Shown piece after piece: positions 22,407 to 34,544 of a stretch of 64,000 nt of DNA. Under the pieces are notes generated by a model, which did no database searches, was not told the origin of the DNA, and saw nothing but the letters and a program-made list of their open reading frames with translations. The stretch is from NCBI RefSeq assembly GCF_038025025.1, contig NW_027117346.1, positions 992,001-1,056,000 on the forward strand, given 5' to 3'. This DNA is from Phyllosticta citribraziliensis (taxonomy: Eukaryota). The translations under genes and the position numbers were made by a program. Each line of letters opens with the position of its first letter. Positions within the stretch are counted from its first letter, which is position 1.

Positions 22407-24137
22407 TTAGAGCTTGGGCTTCTCCAGGCCTTGCCAACCAGCGGCCTCGGCAACGAGCTCAGCGCAGCGCTCACCGATGCTCAGCACCGTAAGCATGGGG
22501 TTGATGGTGACCATCTCGGGGAAAACACCAGCGTCCGCAATACGGAGGTTCTTAATACCGCGGACGTTGAGCTGAGGGTCGACGACGGCGAAAGGGTCCT
22601 TGGTGACGTCGCCCATCTTGGTGGTACCGGCCGGGTGGTAGACGGTGTGGTGGACGCGACGGCCGTATTCGCTGAGCTCCTCGTCCGTCTGGATCTTGGG
22701 GCCAGGGGCAACCTCGCGCTTGATCCACGACCGGAAGGGTTCCTGCTCGGCAATCTGGCGAGCGGCCTTGAGACCTGCAACAATCGTGGCGGCGTCGTAA
22801 CCCTCGGGGTCGGTAAAGTAGCGGAAGTCGAGCGCGGGCTTGACGTTGGGGTCGGAAGACGTCAGGTAGAGACGGCCGCGAGAGCGGGGGCGGGGAATGT
22901 TGGGGGTCATGCAAAAGGCGTCGATGGGGGTGTCGTAGCCAAGGCTGGTCGGAGTCAGTTTTCGGCAGTCACAGTTGTACAAAGGACGCTTACCGAGCGG
23001 TGTTGTAAACAAAGGGAATCTGGTAGCAGTGGCACATAATGTCCGCAATGTCCTTGTCGTCGCCATTGGCGTTGGGGATCTCGCGGCGGAGAAAGATGGC
23101 GGCGTCAGAGTCCATGGTGGTCTGGTCGGCGGGCACAGGCTTGTTCAGCTCCCACATGATGATACTCTCGGGGTGGTCGAGCAGGTTCTCGCCAACACCG
23201 GGAATGTCACGGACGACGTTGATGCCCAGGCTCTGGAGCTGCTCCTTGGGACCAAGACCGGAGAGCAGCATCAGACGGGGAGTGTCGACGGCACCGTTGC
23301 AGATGATGGTCTCGTGCTTGGCACGAACGGTGCGCTTCTGGCCGTCAAAGAGAGTAATGTTGACGCCAGTCGCGCGGTCACCTTCGATGTTGATCTTGCT
23401 GACCCAGGCGTTGGTCAAGATGGTCAGGTTGGGCTTCTTCTCCTCGCCGCGGAGAATGGGGTGGATGTAGGCAACAGAAGCACTGCTCCGGCGGCCATCG
23501 TCGGGGTTGTAGGCAACGGAGAGGAAACCAACGCCCTGCTTGAGGTGGCCTTCACGCTTAATCTCAGCGTTGAAGTCGTGCAGGATGGGAATGTCGAGGG
23601 CCTTGGCGGAAGCAACAATCCAGTCCTTGCAAAGCTGGTTCCGGTGGCGCTCGTGGACGGGCTGGACAGTGTTGCGGAGGTTGTCCTGGCTTAAAGTTAG
23701 TTCATGACGTAGTACATGTCCACGCGGCACGTTACCAAAAGACGGTTGATGGTCTTGAAGTCCCATCCTTTGCAGCCCAGCTGCTGCCACCTTTGCATGT
23801 CATAGTCAAAGGTGCGGAAGGAGATCAGGGTGTTGTGGCTGGAGCAACCACCGAGGACCTTGGCGCGAGAGTGCCTGATGTGCGAGTTGCCCATGGGCTG
23901 CTCGGTGGTGCCGTAGTCGTAGTCAAACTCGCCGCCGAGGAGGTTGAGCCACTCCTTGAGCAGGAGCACGCGGTCATCCTGGTAGTCCGAGGGGCCGCCC
24001 TCGACCAGGAGGATCTTCTTGTTGGGCAGGTACTCGGCCAGGCGGCTGGCAACGACACAGCCAGCGGTTCCACCGCCGGCAATGACAAAGTCATAGTCGT
24101 TGACGGTGTGGGCGGGCAGCTTGGTGGTGGTGGACAT
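22407..24137 (-). CDS. choA: Choline oxidase (GMC oxidoreductase) ending in PKL
   Basis: GGGTAG FAD-binding motif, RAKVLGGCSSHN (His used for covalent FAD in choline oxidases), GVGENLLDHPE, HTVYHPAGT and NPMLTVLSIGE. Introns 23735-23686 and 22993-22945. Divergent from BADH. Confidence 0.92.
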
Positions 24138-24670
24138 TTTGGCGGGGCTACGACTATCAACGGAGCAGACGAGGAAAAAGAGGGACGGTTGCGGTTAGGA
24201 CGAAGGACAGAAACAAGGAAAGGCGACGGGGAAAAGTCTCTTGAAGAGTTTTCGGGAGAGAGGATATGCAGGGCCCTCTGGGATCACCCTCGGAACTTTG
24301 GCAGAGGTTGTCAGGCCTCGATCGCACCGTTGTCAGTCGACCTGACGAAACGGCCGTCGGTCTGTTCCTGGCGCGGGACTAGAGCGCAAGCCGCGTGGTG
24401 GGGAGCGCGCGGGTGTCTTTGCTGAAAACGGGCAACAATGGAGTGCATCGATAGCACACGCTAAACAATTTTTCTCGACCACCGCTGTGCATCGCGATCC
24501 CGCGCCGCATTGCACTTTCTCTGCATTGACGTCGCCCTGTGTCGTTCCCCACTAAATCCAGTCCCGCCGCCGTCCGCCGCCCTCAGCTCTCACGTCCGCC
24601 TCCGTGCTCTTACGATCAACCGTCATCGCTTTGTTGTCACCACCATTGTTGAGTTCCCACCACCACCGCC
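24138..24670. promoter_or_regulatory. Shared bidirectional promoter region of choline oxidase and BADH
   Basis: 533 bp between head-to-head start codons. Confidence 0.7.
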
Positions 24671-26250
24671 ATGTCGCAAACCTACGGTACGCGCCAGCTC
24701 TACTGGGACGGCAAGTCTCAGCCTGCCTCCTCCGGCAAGACGTTCGAGTCCATCGACCCGTCAACCGCCAAGCCCATCGCCACCGTCCATGCAGCCTCCC
24801 ACGCCGACGTCGATTCAGCCGTCGCCAGCGCCCAAGCCGCCTTTCCCGGCTGGTCCTCTACACCCGCAGCCCAGCGCGCTCGTATTCTGCAACGGGCTGT
24901 CCAGCTTCTGCGCGAGCGCAACGACGAGATTGCCAAGACCGAGACGCACGATACGGGCAAGGCCTACAGCGAGACGAGCTGCGTCGATGTCGTGACGGGA
25001 GCCGATGTGCTCGAATATTTTGCCAACATGGTTGGTAGCGGTGGGTTGAACGGCGAGACGATACAGCTGAGGGACGATGCGTGGGCATACACGAAGAAGG
25101 AGCCGTTGGGTGTGTGCGCTGGCATTGGTGCTTGGAACTATCCTATTCAAATGTGCGTTATACTCATCAGCATCTCTTTGCGCTTCAATTCCATGTGCGA
25201 TGCATGCCGTGAGTGCTAATGTGTCGACGCAGCGCCCTCTGGAAGTCTGCGCCGTGTCTGGCCGCAGGCAACACCATGGTGTACAAGCCCTCCGAATTCA
25301 CCCCCCTCCACGGCGAGACCCTCGCCCAAATCTACACCGAGGCTGGCGTTCCTCCCGGTGTCTTTAACATTGTCCACGGTGCTGGGGATGTCGGTGCGTA
25401 CCTGACGCAACACTCGGGGATCGCAAAGGTGTCTTTCACCGGACAAGTGAGCACCGGGTCCAAGGTTGCTGCGTCGGCCGCTGGCGGCATGAAGTATGTG
25501 ACCATGGAGCTGGGCGGCAAGTCCCCAGTCATCATTCTCGAGGATGCGGAGCTCGAGAACGCAGTCGATGGTGCTATGATGGCCAACTTTTATTCGACCG
25601 GCCAGGTCTGCACCAACGGCACGCGCGTATTCGTCCCCGAGGCGTTGCTGCCGGCTTTTGAGAAGCGACTTCTCGAGAAGATTCAGTACGTGCGCTTGGG
25701 CGACCTGTTCGACATGAACACCAACATGGGTCCGCTGGTGAGCAAGGTGCACTACGAAAAGGTCCTGTCGTACATTAAGCACGGCATCGAGAACGACAAG
25801 GCCAAACTTCTCTGCGGAGGCGCCGAGGCTCCCGCGAACCTGCCATCGGAGCTCAAGGACGGCTTCTGGGTGCAACCGACCGTCTTCACTAACTGCACCG
25901 ACGACATGAAGATTGTCCAGGAAGAAATCTTCGGGCCTGTCATGAGCATCCTGCCGTACAAGACGGTCGACGAGGCCGTTGCCCGAGCCAACAAGACCCA
26001 GATGGGGTTGGCGGCTGGTGTCTTCACCAAGGACCTCAACGCCGGCCACAAGGTGATTCAGCAGCTGCAGGCTGGTATCACCTGGATGAACACGTGGGGC
26101 GAGTCGCCAGCTGAGATGAGCGTGGGCGGATGGAAGAAGAGCGGCGTCGGCGTCGAGAATGGCAGACGTGGACTCGAGGCGTGGGTGCGCAACAAGAGCA
26201 CGCTGATCGACATGAGCGGGCAGGTCGCGACGGTGTTTGCGAAGCTGTAA
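24671..26250 (+). CDS. badA: Betaine aldehyde dehydrogenase ending in AKL
   Basis: Exons 24671-25152 and 25233-26250. Motifs [55 protein letters not shown] and EEIFGPV (BetB-type). Located next to choline oxidase. Confidence 0.93.
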
Positions 26251-28549
26251 GCGCGCACTCTCCTGCTGGGTAGCAGCATTTAACCGGCGTTTGGCGGCTA
26301 ATTGGCATCGCGCTGCGGAACTTGATCGAGCATTCGTCCTGGAATTATGTGGCGAACTCGTGGAGGAGCGTTGGGGATGTGCGGACCGGGAGCGGCCCGT
26401 CCCGTTTGTGGACTGAGAGGAGGGGCCCGTTGGAAATGAAATGCCTTGACCAGATGTTGGCGGTCGGCGCCTATTTAGTAGGCAGGACCAAGAACAGAGC
26501 AAATCCAAAGACATCTGTCGTGTACTGTGCCCCTCACTTGCATGCATGCGTTCAATACTCCCTGCTTCATCCGGGGCCTGACGTCACTTCTTATGCTCAG
26601 GATGCGCTTTTATTCTTAAAGCTGGTCAACATTACTCTTGTCTTGCCAACACCACGTCTGCTGTCGACCGAACAGACCCGCAACAATCCCTGGTGTTGGC
26701 TTCCGTCGATCGAATAAAAGGATGGTTCGATATCAACCGCTAAGCGCCCTCGCCCCGACCCCTGCCCAAATCAGTTTGCCGGGACCCACTCCAACACTGC
26801 AGCATCGCGGCACCGAAGACGCTGAATCTCAAAACTCCAACTGAAGCTGATGAGTCGCACGGGGCCGAGAGATACTTCAGAGGGCTCAAAAAATTGATAT
26901 CAATGCTCCCAAGCTCTATGCAAGAAATTGGTAGCGCATATGTTAGGTTGAGGCGCGACAGGAAGCGTTCATGCACGCTGGTGGAGCGCAGAAAGGGAGC
27001 TTTTGAAGCCCCATATCCAATGCCATGGACATCAATGAGAGCAAGATAGAGCCCAATGACTGGTGAGATGGGTTGGATTACTCAACCATGTGTGTGTTTG
27101 ATCCTGTCGGACTACAGTTCCGTGAGCGAAAAGTCTTTCAACCTCTTCATTGTTATAGAGCTTCTCGCGACATTCTTTGTCAACCTTTTCAACACCTTCA
27201 TATCTTTGGTAACGGCAGAGTGAGTTTGCAGCATCCAGAACCCCAGTCTACTTGCCCCCTCGGCTTCATTTCCGTAGTTCCAGGGAAAAGATAACACCCA
27301 GGATGCATTACTTGGACGCCAAGCTGAAAACTCGTGTTAGAAGATATGTAGCGTTGGCTTATACATACTGCTGGCACGTTTCGGAAAAGAGGAAGTTTGA
27401 CGAGAGGGCAGCTACAGTACACTGCCTGCAGCAATTGGGCACAATTTTACACCAAAAAAGCTTGAAATTGAAGCTGCCTTGGATTACGGCGTGTAGACGG
27501 AGAGACGGGGGGCTTGGATTTCTAGATGCCCCATGTTTCTGTAGGACCGTCCCTGTGAGCGGATCATGTCCTTGGCTTGGCCATGTCTTGTCGTCCACAT
27601 ATCCACCTTTTGCCCGTATTCGTGCTCGTTTTCGAGTTTGTTTACGGCAGCTACCTAAACACGTACCAAGGTAGTTTAAGAGGCGTCGGGATCAGCGTAA
27701 GTGCGCATGGTATGACTGGCCAAGCCGCAAGTACCACGGATACCTACAGTGATATCCTACTCATGTATTACGGTATCCGCACGTGAACAACGTGCGATTT
27801 CCACTCTCCACAAGACTTGGCATTTCCTGATGACCTTATTAACCGCCAAGCGCGCCCGAAAGCTTGAGTGGGGTGTCAGCAATCAGCCCTGAGGTTCGGT
27901 TGGCCTTGATTGAAGATCAACGGCCACCTAGTTTGAACCGCAGTGCGAAACCAGGCGCAGACACTGTTGCCTGCGCCATGGACGATGAGCCGAATCTGCA
28001 TTGACTCTCTCTAGATGGCGTCAAAGATTATTCCCGTACTCGTAGTTTTGCAGATGATGCTTTTTCAAATCCAAGCCGACAGGCTCAACGGCTCCCCCAC
28101 AGTAAACGTAAACCGCATAAGGGAACATGCCGGCGGGGGGCACGTGTTTTGGATGTCGCAGCGTCTTTCCCCGCGCATTTCGAAAGCAAACTTCGAGGAC
28201 TTCGAATTTGTTGAAGTTCGTCTACGCGCAATGTTGCAAGACGATGAACGATTAGTGCTGTTGTACAAGTGGCGGAGCGCTAGCGGTGCGGGTGCGGCGG
28301 AACCTGCGTCAGCGCGTAGCCAGGCCACAGCGAGGCGGGACGCGGAATTTCTGGGACGGGATCAGATGTGGATGAGACGACGGATTGAAGAGTTAGAGCA
28401 TTCGGGCAGTCGAGCATCCGTTGTGGTGGTGGAGGGGAGAAGTGTGTTGCCTAGTGCGCCGTCGTCGGCCATAAATTCAACGGCTCGGAACCTCGCCTCG
28501 CGTTCGTATTGCCTCCCGAACCCCCATTCCCACTCACCTGCGAATCGCA

Positions 28550-30036
28550 ATGAGCCCAACCGAAACCGATATGCTGCCCTCTGCCTCACGCAAGCCCCAT
28601 CGCAAGAGCCGAAATGGCTGTGGACATTGCAAAAGAAGAAAAATAAAGGTCAGTCGGTTTTTGTCCACTGCCAATCGCCCCGCTCGACCCTCGTCAACGT
28701 CCAACGCTTTCTAGCCCCTTTTGCACCCTGTCGTGTCTCTTGCTCCACGCGCCACGAGCTGTGACACTGCTCCATCAGGGCTTCCGCCATCTCAGGGTTG
28801 ACTGGACGTTCACCTCTTGATCCGGACGCCTTCACTCACACCTTCACGTGATGACGCCGCTGACCAGCTCCAATTCAGTGCGACGAGACGAAGCCTGTTT
28901 GCAGGAATTGTGTAAAGCACGCAATACAATGCGATTATCCAGATATCATGGCCCGGAAGGCCGCGTCGTCTTCGAGGAGCCCGCAAACGCTGCCGTCGTT
29001 GCCACCATCGAGCGCCCACCTTCACTTCCCCGCAACTCTGCCCGACACGAGCGCCACGAGCAGTCCGCTTGTCAATGGCGAAGTGGCCCTTCTCGAAGAC
29101 GAGGAACACATGCGACTCAACATGGTTGACTTGGAGCTGCTTCACAATTTTTCGACGTCGACGAGCCATACCATCACTGCGAACCCTGAGCTTCGGACCT
29201 TATGGAGAGTGGAGGTGCCATGTCTGGCCTTCAAGTACGACTTCGTCATGCGTGCCATCCTCGCCGTATCAGCTCTCCACATGGGATACTGGAAACCCGA
29301 GAGCGCCGAATTTTACGTCCAGCGAGCCATTGCCCACCACAAGATTGGACTTCGCGGACCTACGGCTATTCTCCCCCACGTAACTCGAGACAACTGCTCG
29401 CCGCTTTACGTCTTCTCCGCCCTAACTGCCATGCTGTCGCTCGCCATGCCTCGAAAGTCGGACGACTTTCTGTTTGTCGGCACCGAGGGCGTGGCCGACT
29501 GGCTCTTCCTGATGCGCGGCATCACGTCCATAATAGAGTCTTCCCGTGACTGGATCCTATCTGGCAGCATTGGCGCAATGCTACATCGGGTCAACCGCGA
29601 TGGCTTTGACCCGCACACCAGCAACACCGAGCCCCGGCCTCCCGAAGAAGACCACCTGGCGGACCTCCGGCGGTTCGTCGAGCGCGAGATGGCCGGGAAG
29701 CCAGAAGATCGCGAGATCTACGTCGGCGCGCTGGACGAGTTGAGCAAAAGCTACCACATTGTGCACAGTCTGGGCCCGACGGACTGTCGCATGCGGCCCA
29801 TCTTCAGCTGGTCTTGTCAGGTGTCCAACGAGTACCTGACGCGCCTCACAAGTCACGAGTCCATGTCGTTGGTCATCTTTGCTCACTACGCCGTGTTGCT
29901 GCACCGGCTCGACCACCTTTGGTGGGTCAAGGGCTGGGGCACGCATCTCATCACCAAGATCTACGCGCTGGTAGAGTCGGTCTACCGGCAGTGGTTGCGA
30001 TGGCCGGTCGAGGAGATTGGCTGGGTGCCCAGGTAA
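28550..30036 (+). CDS. Zn(II)2Cys6 transcription factor, Upc2/sterol-uptake-control-like
   Basis: Exon 28550-28648 (RKPHRKSRNGCGHCKRRKIK), intron 28649-28878, exon from 28879 (CDETKPVCRNCVKHAIQCDY; DLELLHNF; LAVSALH; WWVKGWG; WLRWP). Confidence 0.92.
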
Positions 30037-31572
30037 GGTCTGACTGTTTTGTTTCTTGCTTGCCCGCGGCGACTCGCACTCGCCAGACGCGCAGTTGAGT
30101 GACGCGCTGAATCGCAGCCACGGCGGTCTCGCAGCGCCGGGGACATCTTCCCCGTGGTCGTGATGGGACGTTGCTGTCCCTCGACCACGTTCGTATACCG
30201 ACTCGACACCCGTCTTTGGATACCCGCGGAGATCCCACACCGCGTTCCAATCCTTCCGCGTCGAGCTTCTTCGAGCCAGTGGAACATGACGGACCTTTTC
30301 GATCTTTCCAGACGTGGAACGTTCGCTACTGCCGCAGATCGAGTCGGCAACAAGCCCCTAAAGTCTGGGCGGAGGCCAAAAGATAAGAGTAGAGCGAATC
30401 CGGGCCCGCGCGTTGGCCAACGACAATGTTGTGAACAAAATATGGCAAGGAAAGAAAATTACAGTGCCTCTCCGGAACCAAGAGCTGGTGATGGGGCGGA
30501 GGAAAAGAAAGAGTAACGGCCTGGGAGGGGGAATGGGCGGCAGCAAGCACGCACTTTCGCTGCGGAAAATTTCCAGACAACATGTATGATTACCTGTACA
30601 ACAATGCAACAGAAGATGTTTGTGCCTGTACAATTCGACACGATCGTCAATGAAATATCCAAACCACGAAGTCAACCACATTGGGCCTTTGCGGCCAAAG
30701 TTCTCCCGCCCTCTCTCCTGGTGCTAAGTGAGGCGAGTTCACTTCGACAGTTGGTTGGTTTCCCTTCGAGGAATTGGTTGGTGTTGAGGTCGAGCGCCGA
30801 TCAACCCCCCCGAATGCTTCCAAATGACACACCCGCCACTGCATACCCTACTGCTCAACTTTTCGCACGGTACCGCCATTTCTGACTGCAGACAGACTCA
30901 ACACCCTAAGCCATCTGACCTTAAAACCCCCTTGACTCCCCGTCCCTCCCCCTACCACTATTGTTATAATCCTTTTTTCCAGATCCAACCACCACGTACG
31001 ACCATAGCACGTAGAGAATTCGGAACCCCGTCTGCTCTTCCATAGACAAGCTGCGTTGCGGGCGATTAGTAGTTGCGTGGGTGACCAGCAGCGAATCCCG
31101 TCTGTTGTACGTTTTGTGTTTCTTTTTTTGATCCGTGGTGTTGTGGAGATTTTTGTCCTTTTGTGGGGCGGATGGTCGGTTGGTGGTGCACGGGCATTTG
31201 GGGATGACGACGGACGATAGGAAGAGAAGGACCGGACTGGTGAGGAAGTTGTTTTGATCAATGTGAAGGGAGGTCATGTTTTAGATAAAGAATTCTGTCT
31301 ATTGCATGTGTATGGTTGTGTGCCTCTTCTATATGCGGCAAAATGCTGGCGATGCTCAATGCTGGTATATGTGCAGTGAGGGAGTGACGCGAATGCTATA
31401 CAATCCACGCGCCGCTTATCTCTTCCCCCCTGAATGCTGCTTGGAAATGAAAGACACTCGTAAGAAGGAGATGATGCGAATGCGAACTCAAACAGAAAAA
31501 AATCAAGAGAGCAAGGACACAAGGAAACAACCAACCCCATCACCACACTCGAACCTCGACAGCTCGCATCCT

Positions 31573-33319
31573 CTACTCGTCGTCGACCCTCCTCCTCACC
31601 CACAGCATAGCGCTCGGATCAGGGGTAATGCTGTCGCCCCTCTCGCGCGAGGCCGGCCTCAGCTCCTGGCCAGCCTGCCCGCGCTCGCCCAGCGCAACGT
31701 CCCACCCCTGCACGAGGAACGCAAAGACGAGCTTGATCTCCATGGCGGCGAAGAAGCGGCCAGGGCAGCTGTGGCGGCCGAAGCCAAAATGCAAGCTGTT
31801 CTTCGTGGACGCGGTGAGGGCGTTGCGCGTGGTCGTGGCGGCGGTGGTGCCGTGGGCGGCGGGCGAAGCAGTCCCCGACGTCTTGAGGAAGCGCTCTGGT
31901 CGGAAGGATAGCGGGTCGGCGTACATGGACGGGTCGGTGCCGACGGCTTCGCTGGGGCACGCAACGTGCGTGCCGGCGGGCAGCGTGATGCCGTTGGAGA
32001 GGGGGATGGGCTGCAGAGCGACGCGCTTGCCGATGACGAGAAGGACGGGCGAGAGGCGCTGCGATTCCTTGATGAGTGCATCGAGGAGGGCGCACGAGGA
32101 CAGTGTTGATTTGGTGAAGGTTGGAGGGTCGCTGGGGGACAGGGACAGTGCGGCATCGAGTTCGTTGCGCAGAGGGGTTAGGACCGAGGGGTGCGCGGCG
32201 AGGTCGAGAAGGCTGTTAGAGCGGAGGTGTTAGTTGATAGATGGCGTGTGGGATGCAGATGGGCTTACGCTTGTGTGGCCGTGATGGTCGTGCTGTGAAT
32301 GGCAACCATGCTTAAGCTCAACTGAGACATGGCAATTGCGTCATCATCGTAGCCATATTGGTCCGCCTTTTCCAGCATCCACTGCAGACAGTCGTCCGGC
32401 TTCTCCCACGACCCGTCATTGCTAGCCATCATCTGCCTCCGCTTCTCAATAATGGGCCGCATGTACTGCTTAACGTTCTCACGATGCTCAGTGATGCGCT
32501 TAAGCTCCGGGGCCCAGCCCAGCTTGATGGCAAGTGGACGCAGGACTGAGGGCAGGATCTTGAGCTTTTCGGCCGCAATGAAGACGTCCATCGTGTACTG
32601 CGTTGATAGGTGAATCCATTCTTCCTTGCGGCAAAGGTCCGTGCCAACAAAGGTAGATCCAGAGGCGATAGCCACAACGCGGAGCAGAACCTTGTTAAGG
32701 TTGATGGCCGTCCATTCTTTGGATGATGGGAGTTCTGTGCGGAGAGCACTTTGGACTTCTGCGGACAAAACAGGCATTATACGACCTAAATGTTCAGCTC
32801 AAAGACCCAAACCAATTGACTTTGGCTAACAAACGTACCCAGATTTGGCGTCAGATCATTTCTGATAGTCTCGGCCACCATAGTGTCGTTCGTGAGGCCA
32901 GTGTATTCGACTTGCATGTCCTGCTCGGCCAGTCAGGCACTTGTGCCACAAACGGCATCTGGGGAACAAACATGTTTGACAGGCTCCATGAAGCTAATCA
33001 TCTCGTCCGGCTTTTTGATAATCTCATCCATGACATCTCTGGACACGACAACCGTAGGGCCAAACTGGGTCGTGAGCCGGAACATGCCTTGAGGAAACTT
33101 GCGGTAGCCTTCGCGGAGGAGCTCTTTGCCGTGCTTGAGGTACTTTGCCTTGCGCTGGAAGCCGAGTTTGAAACGCTCGTCCATGCTTGGAATCTTGCTC
33201 AGTCCGGAGTTGTCCCTCCATGTCGAAAACAGGTATGCAATGCTGAAAATGGCCGCAACAGCGGATAAAAGGAGCGCCGAAGGACTGAGTCCCAGTTGGT
33301 TGAAAACCGCCGTTTCCAT
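31573..33319 (-). CDS. Cytochrome P450 (resembles ent-kaurene-oxidase/steroid-modifying fungal P450s)
   Basis: Four exons. N-terminal anchor, I-helix VAIHSTT, ESQR (ExxR), FRPERF and heme motif FGFGRHSCPG. First ATG is 33319; the track start at 33352 is TTG. TATAAA on the minus strand at 33409-33414. Confidence 0.93.
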
Positions 33320-34544
33320 GTTGAAAGATAGATGTTTGCGAATGATTTCCAATCTAAAAGAGCGCGTAAAAGCGTGGGTCCATCCTGTTGCTCCCTGGCC
33401 TCTATATTTTTATAGCAAGCGCTCGCCCCCTTGGGCGCTGGTGGTAAACCTGAAATCGTCATCTTTCAGGCTGTCGCGTGGCACAGATCCCTTGAATGAC
33501 CGAAGTTGTACGCATCGCCGCGCGTGGTGTGGCCTTGCCATGCAAACGAGGGCGAAGCCGAGACCAGAAGTGGAGGAGTGGTGGCGTGGAGTGGTAGGAG
33601 GCCGAACCAGATCAGCGTTGATTGTTGCACACACCGGCAGAATTAAAGAGCCGTGCGGGACGTGACCCAGTAGAAAAGATGCTGCCTTGCCAGTGCCTAG
33701 CCTACAAAAGGACAAGAGGCTAGGTGCGTTGGTGGTGTTATCCGAATCCGATTTCTCTGTCCGAAAACGAGCGCGAACCCGAGTCCTCCAACGCGGGGAT
33801 GTGGAGTTGACATTTCGAGCATTGGCGACCCGAGCATGCACCAGCAATGCGGTTGTGTCGCAACGTCCACAGGCAGTGTTGACGATGCCGTTACACGCAC
33901 TGCATGCCCTATTTGGACAATGCCGAAGGAGAATCGAAGCGTGTGTAACTGTGTTGAAATCTAAATGCCAGCGGGACACGACGTAGAAGCCGTGTCTGGT
34001 TTGTCGTTCTCGGAAAGCTTTTTCGTATCGGACCCTGAAAGAAGCCGTCGAAAGTATTTCCCATTTTCTAGGCACCGAAATTTCAATGGCCAGCATCAAT
34101 CCACGCCAGTTGGCCGCCTCCCAAGGCGCAGTTGGGTCCGCTGTTTCTGTGTGCCTATTGTTTGGCGGAGCGTGCTGGACCGTGTGAATTTGATACTGCT
34201 TTTTCCCGGTGACTTGAGGCGTTGCTCGGGAACCCGAGCTGGAAATGGCTGAGCCAGCTGCGGACGGGGAGAGCGTGTCAACGCATGTGCTCAACACCTC
34301 GACATCCTGGTAAAGAAGGCGCCATGATACATGCCCTCAAGGTTTTACGGGAAACGCTTCTGCCTAATCCTAAATATTCCGTCAACAGTCGATTATAAGA
34401 TGCCAAAGGAGTTCTCTTGTCGAGACCTTTGAAAACCACAGCCTTCTCCAGCATTCGACCATTCGAACGACACTCTACCTTATCACTCGACGAATTGAAA
34501 TACTTCCAACCCGACAACGTAGGGACTCGCAACGTTAGAACAAG

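Noticed and set aside
22350..26547. Long antisense ORFs over choline oxidase and BADH (229, 239, 210 and 443 aa)
   Set aside because: Expected by-product of strong GC3 codon bias on the coding strand. No domain motifs.
31573..32777. P450 as a frameshifted pseudogene, since it is fragmented in the ORF track
   Set aside because: The fragments join in frame through canonical introns, and the ExxR, PERF and heme motifs are intact.
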